Below the pieces are notes generated by a model that worked only from the letters and a program-made list of their open reading frames with translations, had not been told where the DNA came from and did not search any database. Shown in pieces: positions 52,713-62,405 of a stretch of 64,000 bases of DNA. Position numbers and translations under genes: made by a program. The DNA comes from a virus (lineage: Duplodnaviria > Caudoviricetes): IMG/VR virus record IMGVR_UViG_3300028591_000130, positions 1-64,000 of that record; one strand, written 5' to 3'. The stretch's first letter is position 1. Each line of letters begins with the position of its first letter.

Positions 52713-52726
52713 GAGGAGGATATACC

Positions 52727-54403
52727 TTGGCTTCAACTGATTTTAGCGGTATTATCGGGAAAGGCGTAAGAAAGGTCAGTGAGCAAACTGTTCAAGAAGG
52801 TCGCGCTCTTATCATAACAGAAGAGAACGAAAATGAGTACTCATGGGAAGATATTCCTAACGGTTCTCTTAAAGTTAACGGTTCTACAGGACTGATAATG
52901 ATAAAAATAGCAGGTCAGTCTAACTGGGTACCGTCAAACATACGCCTTGATATCGCAAGAAACGAAGAAGGACAAATTCTTGATATCAACGGTAATGTAG
53001 TAACAGATCCTACCTATCTTGAAATTGTAGAACGTGCAGTATCACAAGGCGGGCATACTCTTTCTATAGCCAAAGACGCAATTATAACAAGAGAGAATTT
53101 TACTATTGTTGAAACTGACTTGCCACACAATAAGTTTACTTACAGAGATGAAAATGATCGTCTTTATTATAGCGATCAAAATGACAGAGGATTTTGGTTC
53201 GAACTAAAGAAAGGACATTACGCACCGGGACGTAATATGATCGAAGTAACGATAGATGACGTATTGGTTCGTTCAGCAGCTACCGGAGGAATAACAGAGA
53301 TATCAGAAACAAGATTTATAATGCCTGAAAAGCTTGAACCCGGTATGGAACTCACGGTGCGTTACTATCAACTTAACAGGATAGGTAATCCATATCCGCG
53401 TATTTATCTTAGAAAAGGCAACTACTCTGTTGATCAAGAAAGTTACGAAACTCTAACTGGTACTGATGATTCTTGCACTCCTGAAAATGCAGAAATAGGT
53501 GATATCTGGTTCGACTATAACAGTAATCCTGAGAATGTTGACAGCTTTTTAGGTGATATCAGACCTGAAGACGTAATATCATATGACAGGATAGCAGGAA
53601 TGCCCGCTACTGTAGCTGATGCTGCTGCCAAAGGATTAATGGTTGACGCAGTTGCAAAAGGCCACAGACACAGTGCAGGAGAAATTATAGATCTTGACTT
53701 TCAGGTACAAAACCTGGTTAACGAAGCCTTAAAGAGAAAGACGTTACCTGCAGTACCTTACGCACAGTCAGCGGGAATGGCTACAACGTCAATGAATACG
53801 ATGTGTCTTAACGGCAACGTTGTAGGATTACAAAAAGGCAACATAGTTGCTGTAGGAGCCAACGGTTTCATTTCTGACAAGTTGATATCATATAACTGCA
53901 GATCGATATCCAAAATGGTAGACTACTCTATCCATATGAACAACGTTAAGAAGTTGATATCAAGCTTATTGCCAAGGGGTACTATCGTCGCTTGGTATGG
54001 TTCGCCAGATAATATTCCTGAAGGATGGGCTATTTGCGACGGAGAAGAACATACGGCTACTGACGGCATTACAAAGGTCTTAACACCCGATCTGCGCGGA
54101 AGATGTATTATGGGTGTTGATGACAGGAATTACGATAACAACAAGTTTAAAACTTGGGGCTCAATTCTTGAAGCGGGATTACCGAACATAGCAGGCGAGA
54201 TAGGCGGAAGCGGATCTCAAGAGAGCGGTATAGTCGGCGGTGCCTTTTACGTTAACCAAAGTACGGGTGCACCCGGTGTTAATGATACCAGCTACGGACA
54301 GAAGATAAGCTTTAGTGCTACAAGATCGGATCCAATTTACGGCAGAAGTGATACCGTACAACCTCCTGCAGTAACACTCTATTATATTATGAGAACAGAC
54401 TAA
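52727..54403 (+). CDS. Tail fibre protein with a C-terminal phage tail-collar domain
   Basis: PRGTIVAWYG...IPEGWAICDG...TPDLRGRCIMG...AGLPNI...IYGRSDTVQPPAVTLYYIMR. Confidence 0.8.
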   Translation: MASTDFSGIIGKGVRKVSEQTVQEGRALIITEENENEYSWEDIPNGSLKVNGSTGLIMIKIAGQSNWVPSNIRLDIARNEEGQILDINGNVVTDPTYLEIVERAVSQGGHTLSIAKDAIITRENFTIVETDLPHNKFTYRDENDRLYYSDQNDRGFWFELKKGHYAPGRNMIEVTIDDVLVRSAATGGITEISETRFIMPEKLEPGMELTVRYYQLNRIGNPYPRIYLRKGNYSVDQESYETLTGTDDSCTPENAEIGDIWFDYNSNPENVDSFLGDIRPEDVISYDRIAGMPATVADAAAKGLMVDAVAKGHRHSAGEIIDLDFQVQNLVNEALKRKTLPAVPYAQSAGMATTSMNTMCLNGNVVGLQKGNIVAVGANGFISDKLISYNCRSISKMVDYSIHMNNVKKLISSLLPRGTIVAWYGSPDNIPEGWAICDGEEHTATDGITKVLTPDLRGRCIMGVDDRNYDNNKFKTWGSILEAGLPNIAGEIGGSGSQESGIVGGAFYVNQSTGAPGVNDTSYGQKISFSATRSDPIYGRSDTVQPPAVTLYYIMRTD

Positions 54404-54423
54404 AAGAAAGGAGGGTATAGATA

Positions 54424-55908
54424 GTGAAAAGCGTTAACAAAATTAGGGCACGTGACCTGGATTCTGACTTTTTGTTAGATATTTACGGCAGTAAAACAGC
54501 AGGGCAACTTCAAACGTTATTGTCAGGTTATCTTAAAAAAACTGATCGTGTTAACCGAAACAGTTTGCCTGAGGATTACGTTAATGATATCGATAATCAA
54601 ATTAAAGCAGTTCAAGGTGATATAGCTGATATCAAAGACGAATACCGTAAAAAAGATGTAGCCATTAACCTCAGTGACCTTGATCAAAATGTAGTTGATA
54701 TCATTAATGGACTCTCTTACTTTATCCAGAACGTCAGAACTGACAGAGGTAATACCTTAGTAGCAGAAACTTCAACAGGACAAAGAGCTATCAAGGTAAG
54801 AGATAACACAGGTGAAGAACATATAGTTATTCTTCCCGATACTTACTATGAACGTTCTGACGAAGCAGTTAGTCTTCAACTTATGGCTGACAGAGTCAGA
54901 CAACTGCAACTAAGGTTTACAGTTCTTGAAGAAACCATTAAGGCTGTTATAAAAAGACTTGACGGATTACCTGCTCCTACTATTGATACGTCATTGCCTT
55001 ATTATCCCGGGGGCGGTGACAGTATGATTCTTCCCCCTTATGATACACAAGGTACTGTTACTTCTTCTTTGAGTATTTCTTCTGATTATGAAACGTTAAT
55101 AAATGAAGTTAGTGATTTCCTTTATGGTGACGGAAGCTCTTCTCTGTCTTTTATCAACAACAAAATAGGGCGTCTTCAAACTTCTGTTACTAACCTTGAA
55201 GGCAAGGTGAGCTCAGGTATCAAACGTACCAGTCTTGAAAGCAGCGTACAAAACGATCTTAACAGGATATCGGAATTTGCAACAAGAATAGGTAATCTTG
55301 AGATTACAAAAATGACGGAACCTACTCTTGATAAAAGCGGTTATTTTTACTGTAATCGCAGTAGTGACAATAGCACTATATCCTTACGAACACCTGTCAT
55401 ACGGGCACTTTTATGTTACGACAACAGTTCTGTAACAAGTGCGATATCTACTATGGAACCTTACATTATTGACTGCACACAAGGTATAGTGTACAACTAC
55501 AACAGCACTACAAACACTTACCTTAGCAAGAGCCTGTCTGAATCAACCTTGTATGATAATCTCTTTGTAATGGACGTAACTACTAACATTATCGAATATA
55601 TTATCATAGACGGCACGCTGGCTAAACTTAATAACGGTAAAAACAGTGCAACTAACATAGGCGCAAGCAGTATCAGTACACGAACGGTTACTATAGCAAG
55701 CAATAACTCTGAACGGATAGGACGTGTTAATAACCTTAAAAAGTATCCGCCTACAGTTCTTGTTTACGATAACGACATAACAAGTCGTACTAATGGCAGT
55801 TATATTAATAATGAAGGCGTCATTACGATATCTCATAATACTGACAGCTTTGTAGTTTATAACGACAGCGATAAGACAATTGAAGTACTGATAATAATGG
55901 GGGATTAA
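54424..55908 (+). CDS. Putative tail fibre / structural protein
   Basis: 494-aa ORF with coiled-coil segments, in the fibre cluster. Confidence 0.5.
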   Translation: MKSVNKIRARDLDSDFLLDIYGSKTAGQLQTLLSGYLKKTDRVNRNSLPEDYVNDIDNQIKAVQGDIADIKDEYRKKDVAINLSDLDQNVVDIINGLSYFIQNVRTDRGNTLVAETSTGQRAIKVRDNTGEEHIVILPDTYYERSDEAVSLQLMADRVRQLQLRFTVLEETIKAVIKRLDGLPAPTIDTSLPYYPGGGDSMILPPYDTQGTVTSSLSISSDYETLINEVSDFLYGDGSSSLSFINNKIGRLQTSVTNLEGKVSSGIKRTSLESSVQNDLNRISEFATRIGNLEITKMTEPTLDKSGYFYCNRSSDNSTISLRTPVIRALLCYDNSSVTSAISTMEPYIIDCTQGIVYNYNSTTNTYLSKSLSESTLYDNLFVMDVTTNIIEYIIIDGTLAKLNNGKNSATNIGASSISTRTVTIASNNSERIGRVNNLKKYPPTVLVYDNDITSRTNGSYINNEGVITISHNTDSFVVYNDSDKTIEVLIIMGD

Positions 55909-55912
55909 CGAT

Positions 55913-58900
55913 ATGATAATAAAAGTAGCTACAGGCAAAGATGAGAATAATAACATACAATGGACGCCACTTTATGCTGCAGCTATAAGAAACAGACTCA
56001 GAAGAGATAATAACTTGTCTGACGTTACTGACATTGTTGCAGCAAGAGAGAATCTTGGTATCGACAGTAACTTTGTATCCATATTTCAATCTTTTAAAGA
56101 CGATATCACACAGTACGTTAACGAACAAATTATGAAAGAAGGGGAAGATGTGGCGACAGTACTTGCACAGATAAGCGATATCTTAACTGCACTTACTCTA
56201 AGATTGTCAAGCTGGGAAAATGCACTTACTACTAACTGGGGCGGCAGTAGCGTAGATCTTGAAAACTATTTATATTACGTAGGTGAGATGGCTAACTTTC
56301 CCGAAAGTCCTCAAGTTGGTTGGACTGTTTGTATTGACGGGATTATTTATCTCTATACCGGCAGTGCTTGGGTACAACTTAACGGAACTATTACTGCCGG
56401 TGGTGGATCCGGTACTATAGAAGGTGGCGGAGGATCTGGTATTCTTCCTTATCCTGCAGTTAAATACGATAACTATAGTATACCTAAGGTGACAGAAACA
56501 TTCCCCGTTCTCGTTGACGCTGATCAGTGCAGGTACAGACTAATATTCCCGCTTGAAGCTGCACCTACTACAGAACAAGGTCTAATGATATCAGGATATA
56601 ACACAAGAGAAGCATATACTCACTACGTCAAAGGACGTTTCGCTATGCACGGCAGCAATGCTGTTTTATATCTCCCTAAAAGTTTTGCTATCCAAAATAA
56701 CGACCGTGCTATGACACAAAGAATATTTCCTCCTGAAGGTGTGACAAGAGACCCCATAGACATATCTAATGATCTTACTTTTGAGTATGACGCGATGCCA
56801 CCAAGTTCACAATATATAGTTGTAAGACTTACAAGCAGTGTGCTGAATTCTATAAGAGACACTTGGGGGATGGCAAATATAACGGGTATGCGTTTAGTTC
56901 TTGATTACAGTTACGCACAAGGATTAGCAGTAGGCAGTGACGTTACGGTTAAAATTTATCGTTTTGTACCGGAAGGAGAAAGTCCGTTATCTAATGAAAG
57001 TACTATTTTGCCAAAAAGTGACTTATGGAAAATGTGGCTGTCTGACGATGAACTAAGATTGTCAGAACCTACTGCAAGTTATAACAGTACATTATCTTAT
57101 GTACTTAACGGACAATATCCGATTGAATGGCAAGAAGCTGTTAACGTTAGTGCACAATATGCGTCACCTCTTTCTTACAGCTATAGTCTGTTAGGTGAAC
57201 CTATGTTAAGACTAAGCGATATATCAACAACAACAGCTATTTATCGTAGTTTTAGTAACGCCGCTTATACTAACTTGGCTATAGCTTGTTGGAGTGAGAC
57301 AGAAAAAAAAGGCGAAGATGACGACATTAAACCATTACCTGTTACGACATTGCCACCTTTTCAGGAGCCTTCTACGTGGATAACAATTTGTCAAGGTATC
57401 GACGAACCTGTTGGTGACGATGAAACACTTGTCAGTCTTGAGTTTGAGATTTTCGCTCATAAACAGGTTAACAAGGTTTTTGCTGTTCAAGAAAATTTAA
57501 ATCTTTCTGTTGACCACACACGGCTTTATCAATGGGGTACTAACAAAAATAGTAATTACTTATCTCTTTATCTTCCTGCTGACTTTATGACGAAACGTGG
57601 TGCTAACCGTGATATCACATTTGAACTGTTAGACGGAGTTGATGATAGCTATATACCGAAAATTTTCTTACTGCCGTCAGAATACGGTAAGATGTATGTT
57701 AACTGGTCTCTATATAATAATACCTTCCCTGGTGTTAACGAAAGTTTAAGAGAAATACCTTATGCACAACTGTCTGACTATAAAGACGATTCAAGTTGGC
57801 AACCGTTTACTTACGTTATGAAGAAAACAAATGATGGTGAACAAGTTATTATCAGTATAGATAAAAATTTAGTAAACACTTATGTTAATGATCTACCATA
57901 CGATATCACAAATCTTGCTTTTGACTCTACGGGAAAGTATATGTATACCAGTACAGGAGGCTATGGCACGCATCAAACTAATAAAAGATTATTGTTGCAA
58001 TGGAAAGTTAAGAGACATACAACTGGACAAGCATATTACTACGAAAAGTATATGTGGCAACATAAAGATCAAGCTTTATCTAAAACAAGTGCATGTTTTG
58101 ATGTTATAGCAAAACAGGGAACAGAAACTACAAGGTACAATAAAATTGTAACACCTATAGATGCCAAAAATAAACTCGAAGATGGTAACGCAGCTTACGG
58201 ACAAATTACTATTTCCGATGGTGATGTTTCTTGGAAGTACAGTGATAGCAGCCATATTCGAGTAGTTAGCAATGGTGATACAACAAACACAACTACAAGA
58301 ATAAGAACTTTGTCATATGCACCTGTCAATAACGTAACAAACTTTTATTACGAACCTGAAAATCTTTACGTTCGTCTCATTTACAATAAATTGCTCAATC
58401 ACTTCGGTTCTGTTAGTGATCCTCCACCAAAAGAACCGGATCCGCCACCTTCACCGTCACCAGGTATTGTTCTTGGTATTGATAAAAAGTTTGACGATGG
58501 CTTCCCTGACCTTCTCGATATCTGTAAATATACTTTACCTGCGCGTAACTATAAGTTTATTTTTACCCTTGAAGATTATAGCCCGAATATATTGAAATAC
58601 GGATATAACGCTTATAGAATACAATCACACAATACAAAACATAGCAGTGTATCAGATATTACTCAATGTGATGGCACTGAGGGCGCTTACACACAACGAA
58701 AACACCAGGTTAGTGGACGTTTTATGTATAACCAACGTGTAGACAGACTAGACAATACGTCACCCCCTGCTTTAGGTGCGTCATTGTTTTTGCCTGAGAG
58801 CTTTTTCGATGAAGCTGTATACGAAGAGATGTTCATTGCAATAAGAGCACCACAAGGTATAGCTACAACTACAGTTAATCTTTATAATTCTACTACTAAA

Positions 58901-59851
58901 CCAAAAGATTTTATATGGTTACGTAACGCAGATAAAGATAATGACGAAGCTCCCAGTGACGGATCTATTGTTGTTTATAAGACAACAAGTAAACATAAAC
59001 TTACTTGGTCTTCAACTTGTACATATCAAACTTATAAGTCAACTGATAAGTTTTCAGAGAGAACACCATATCCGGGATACCGTGTTATCCATGTGCCTCA
59101 AGAAACTTTAGACAGAATAACAGGTGGATGGAATTGCAACGTATCTAAAAAGAATCTTAGTAACTTACAGTTAATGATATCATATACCTTGAAATCAAGC
59201 ATTTTTAGTGATCTTGAGTTACCTAAAGACCAAATGAATAAGATTAGGTCGCGACAAGTAGTTGTTAGGAATCTTGTTGCAGAATTTTTCAAAGATAATT
59301 ATACGAGCTTATATACTACCGAACGGAAAAGCGCCATAGATCAAGCGAATGATGCACAAACTATGAAACACTTTGTTTTTGCAGGAACTAAGGGTAATAA
59401 TAACGGTGGTTTATCTCTAGAATGGCCTGGGCAAATTAGTCTCGGTTATAGCAATCGAGGAGTTCCACGTATTATTTTGCCTTACGAGATAAATAATTAC
59501 AGTGTAATTTTGCAAAACAGATATATAGCAGGTGCTAGCGTTGTAACATGGTTGACTAATGATGCTACACGTAAAACCTTACACTTAATACCGGGCAAAA
59601 CTGATATGTCTAAAATATTGCCTGGACAATATTATGATATGTCACAATTATCTTCTGTTAACAGATTCGTATTTGACGACCAGTATGATCCTTCTTCAAA
59701 AGAGTACTATATGGATGCTTTTTATAGTCATATATGGATTATTCCTCAGTCAAGATATCCGGACGGGATAGATACTGATGCCTTCTATATGAACGAAAGT
59801 ACTGTCGGTAAGTTTCACAATACTGCTATGATAATTTATGAAGAACCTTAA
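55913..59851 (+). CDS. Large tail fibre / receptor-binding protein with internally repeated globular domains
   Basis: NNLSDVTDIVAARENLG fibre motif, Gly and Pro linkers, and a repeated Y.lIF.LE...H.V.GRF...lyLP.SF module. Confidence 0.6.
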   Translation: MIIKVATGKDENNNIQWTPLYAAAIRNRLRRDNNLSDVTDIVAARENLGIDSNFVSIFQSFKDDITQYVNEQIMKEGEDVATVLAQISDILTALTLRLSSWENALTTNWGGSSVDLENYLYYVGEMANFPESPQVGWTVCIDGIIYLYTGSAWVQLNGTITAGGGSGTIEGGGGSGILPYPAVKYDNYSIPKVTETFPVLVDADQCRYRLIFPLEAAPTTEQGLMISGYNTREAYTHYVKGRFAMHGSNAVLYLPKSFAIQNNDRAMTQRIFPPEGVTRDPIDISNDLTFEYDAMPPSSQYIVVRLTSSVLNSIRDTWGMANITGMRLVLDYSYAQGLAVGSDVTVKIYRFVPEGESPLSNESTILPKSDLWKMWLSDDELRLSEPTASYNSTLSYVLNGQYPIEWQEAVNVSAQYASPLSYSYSLLGEPMLRLSDISTTTAIYRSFSNAAYTNLAIACWSETEKKGEDDDIKPLPVTTLPPFQEPSTWITICQGIDEPVGDDETLVSLEFEIFAHKQVNKVFAVQENLNLSVDHTRLYQWGTNKNSNYLSLYLPADFMTKRGANRDITFELLDGVDDSYIPKIFLLPSEYGKMYVNWSLYNNTFPGVNESLREIPYAQLSDYKDDSSWQPFTYVMKKTNDGEQVIISIDKNLVNTYVNDLPYDITNLAFDSTGKYMYTSTGGYGTHQTNKRLLLQWKVKRHTTGQAYYYEKYMWQHKDQALSKTSACFDVIAKQGTETTRYNKIVTPIDAKNKLEDGNAAYGQITISDGDVSWKYSDSSHIRVVSNGDTTNTTTRIRTLSYAPVNNVTNFYYEPENLYVRLIYNKLLNHFGSVSDPPPKEPDPPPSPSPGIVLGIDKKFDDGFPDLLDICKYTLPARNYKFIFTLEDYSPNILKYGYNAYRIQSHNTKHSSVSDITQCDGTEGAYTQRKHQVSGRFMYNQRVDRLDNTSPPALGASLFLPESFFDEAVYEEMFIAIRAPQGIATTTVNLYNSTTKPKDFIWLRNADKDNDEAPSDGSIVVYKTTSKHKLTWSSTCTYQTYKSTDKFSERTPYPGYRVIHVPQETLDRITGGWNCNVSKKNLSNLQLMISYTLKSSIFSDLELPKDQMNKIRSRQVVVRNLVAEFFKDNYTSLYTTERKSAIDQANDAQTMKHFVFAGTKGNNNGGLSLEWPGQISLGYSNRGVPRIILPYEINNYSVILQNRYIAGASVVTWLTNDATRKTLHLIPGKTDMSKILPGQYYDMSQLSSVNRFVFDDQYDPSSKEYYMDAFYSHIWIIPQSRYPDGIDTDAFYMNESTVGKFHNTAMIIYEEP

Positions 59852-59869
59852 GATCGGAGTTGATATTTA

Positions 59870-61633
59870 ATGTATCTTATGTCTGATCTTTTTGACAAAA
59901 TATCGGCCCCTTCTTTGTCTATAGGTTCTATTTCTCAAAGCATAGACAATGACTGGCACGTTAGTGTAACTAAAGATACAACAACAAGCTGCAATAATGC
60001 CTTTAAACTTAACTTTCAAATTCCCTATGATCCTTCCTTAAAAGTTTTACGTGGCAATAAAGGCGAACAAGGTCCTGCTGCTACGATTCGACTGGGCACT
60101 GTAACAACAGGTATGTCAGCTGCTGTTACTAACACAGGCAATGAACACGACGCCATTTTTAACTTTGTTTTGCCAAAGGGCGATAAAGGGAACAAAGGTG
60201 ATAAAGGCGATAAAGGAAGCAAAGGCAGCAAAGGAGACAAAGGCGATCGAGGCGAACAAGGAGCTGCTGCTGTCGTTAAGGTAGGCGACGTTGACTTCTC
60301 TACAACAGGTCTTGTCAGAGTAACTAACAGAAGCATATCAGGTATTGACGGTACTGTAGAAACACTTTTGGACTTTCATTTTCCTAAAGTCATTGTTAAC
60401 TCTCTCAGCAGTTTGAGCTTCTACGGTGCAAGCAGTATTTTGTTTCCTGATAATACTACGCTTATAGAAAAATATAATGATATCAAGGCTGATATCACAA
60501 AGCTTACAACAACAATGGCAGATCAAACGATATCAATGTCGTCTGTTATTATTAATAACAATATGACGTTACAGCAGTATCTTGAACAACAAGAAAGCAG
60601 CTATGACGCAGAACAACAAGTCTTTTCCTTATCGGTAGCAGAACCTGTCTTTGAAGGTAACACAGTAACTGTGGCTAACATAGGCAGTGAGAGTAATCCT
60701 AATCTCTTGTTTACTTTTCCTGCTGATCTTGAAAATTTCTCTTTATCAAGCACTATACAGCAGCCTGCTTCTATGACCACTGCAATGTTTTCTTCTTGGC
60801 CTGTGTTCCTTGACGCACACGGCAATCTTAACCTTGAACAAACTAACATAGTTCCTGTAAGTCCTAACGAAGGAACTATAGGCACTTACTCGTTACCTTT
60901 TGCTAACGGTGCTTTTACACATCTTGTAATGGGAGAAAGACCTTTACTGCAAAGAGAAATCTTTACTATCAACGGTACCTTTCAGATACCTGAAGGTGTC
61001 AACACCTTGTTTATTACTGCAGTAGCAGGAGGAGGCGGAGGTGCCATAGGTACAGGTGGTGGTGGTGGAGAAGGCTGCGTAAAACGTGTGCTTGACGTTA
61101 AGGGGTTACGATCAATTGACGTCATAGTAGGATATGGTGGTGCAGGTAACAGGATTGTTTACGACGGTCTTAGTAACACTTTCTGTGGTACCGCTTTTAA
61201 AGGGCAAGACGGAGGCAATACTATTGTAGGATCCGTAATGTTACAAGGTGGCAAAGGTGGAAAGGTACAGTTTGATATCACACCTGTTTGGACAGTAGGA
61301 AGCAGTGGAGGCAATTACGCTTGCCACGGTGCTAACGCTACATTATTTGATATCAAACAAGATAACGTCATAACGATATCAGAAAAAGAAAACAAGACAG
61401 ATATCCTTTACATTTGGAATGGCGGATCCGGAGGATCAAGCTTACTTGGATCGGGTGGTACAGGTGGTATGATATCATATCGCAATATCATTACAAAAAT
61501 AGAAGGATCTAACGGCTGCGGTTTTGGATCTGGCGGTGGCGGCGGTGCTATTGTCAAACAAGGCAATTACTTCTTGATCAACACAGCAGGAGGAACAGGG
61601 GCACCTGGTATTGCCATTATCGAATGGGAGTGA
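59870..61633 (+). CDS. Tail fibre protein with collagen-like repeats and a glycine-rich C-terminal domain
   Basis: (GDK/GNK/GSK)n tract at about 60175-60264, and GTFQIPEGVNTLFITAVAGGGGG...GGTGAPGIAIIEW. Confidence 0.75.
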   Translation: MYLMSDLFDKISAPSLSIGSISQSIDNDWHVSVTKDTTTSCNNAFKLNFQIPYDPSLKVLRGNKGEQGPAATIRLGTVTTGMSAAVTNTGNEHDAIFNFVLPKGDKGNKGDKGDKGSKGSKGDKGDRGEQGAAAVVKVGDVDFSTTGLVRVTNRSISGIDGTVETLLDFHFPKVIVNSLSSLSFYGASSILFPDNTTLIEKYNDIKADITKLTTTMADQTISMSSVIINNNMTLQQYLEQQESSYDAEQQVFSLSVAEPVFEGNTVTVANIGSESNPNLLFTFPADLENFSLSSTIQQPASMTTAMFSSWPVFLDAHGNLNLEQTNIVPVSPNEGTIGTYSLPFANGAFTHLVMGERPLLQREIFTINGTFQIPEGVNTLFITAVAGGGGGAIGTGGGGGEGCVKRVLDVKGLRSIDVIVGYGGAGNRIVYDGLSNTFCGTAFKGQDGGNTIVGSVMLQGGKGGKVQFDITPVWTVGSSGGNYACHGANATLFDIKQDNVITISEKENKTDILYIWNGGSGGSSLLGSGGTGGMISYRNIITKIEGSNGCGFGSGGGGGAIVKQGNYFLINTAGGTGAPGIAIIEWE

Positions 61634-61643
61634 TACTACGATT

Positions 61644-62402
61644 ATGACCAAAAAGATATTATTTATCGGTGACGACCTGTTAGATATCAATAACGGTATT
61701 CCTACTGTAGATCAAAGCTATCTTCACTGGTTAGAACTCTTCGAAAGTCAGGTTCCATTTGCTTGTTGCTTTTTGGGACGTTGCGGTACTACAACTACGA
61801 CTGTTTTGTCAGAGATAGAAACAGCTGTTGACGAACAACAACCTAATCTTGTGGTCTTTTCCTGCGGTCTTAATGATATCATAGAAGGGGTCTTACCTGC
61901 TGTTGCTGCGGTTAACGTTAGACAAATCTTTAAAAAAATTCACAACAAAGGCAAGCTTGGTTTGATGCTGTTGCCGCCTATGGAAGGTAACGATCGTAAT
62001 ATCATAGAAAAGAACGAACAGAGATATCAGGAATTTTCTCGAGCTTGCCTTGCCCTTAACTTTGAACAAAGTTATGACTGCACAGTTAATCTTGCAGGAC
62101 TCCATCTCGGACTAACGGGCAGTCTTGATAAAACAAATTATTATGACGATCTGCTATTGACAGCCAAGGGACATAATCACGTTGCAGAAATTGTGATACG
62201 CTCTGTCACGAGAATTTTAAAAGATACAGACAATGATATCAGAAGTGATATCAAGATTAGCAGCAAGATTTACGCTGACAGGCTTAACAGGCGTCCTGTT
62301 CATATTAATCTTGGTACTGTTCAAGAACCTGTTTGGAAAGAACTATGGTTTAACGCCGAGAGTTTATCGTCAATTACTGTTAAACCTGAATGGAGGGCTT
62401 AA
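61644..62402 (+). CDS. SGNH/GDSL hydrolase-fold protein, probably catalytically inactive
   Basis: Block I KILFIGDDL, block II G.CGTTT, block III CGLND, block V DDLLLTAKGH. The likely start is ATG at 61644 (the ORF track starts at 61611). Confidence 0.7.
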   Translation: MTKKILFIGDDLLDINNGIPTVDQSYLHWLELFESQVPFACCFLGRCGTTTTTVLSEIETAVDEQQPNLVVFSCGLNDIIEGVLPAVAAVNVRQIFKKIHNKGKLGLMLLPPMEGNDRNIIEKNEQRYQEFSRACLALNFEQSYDCTVNLAGLHLGLTGSLDKTNYYDDLLLTAKGHNHVAEIVIRSVTRILKDTDNDIRSDIKISSKIYADRLNRRPVHINLGTVQEPVWKELWFNAESLSSITVKPEWRA

Positions 62403-62405
62403 GAT

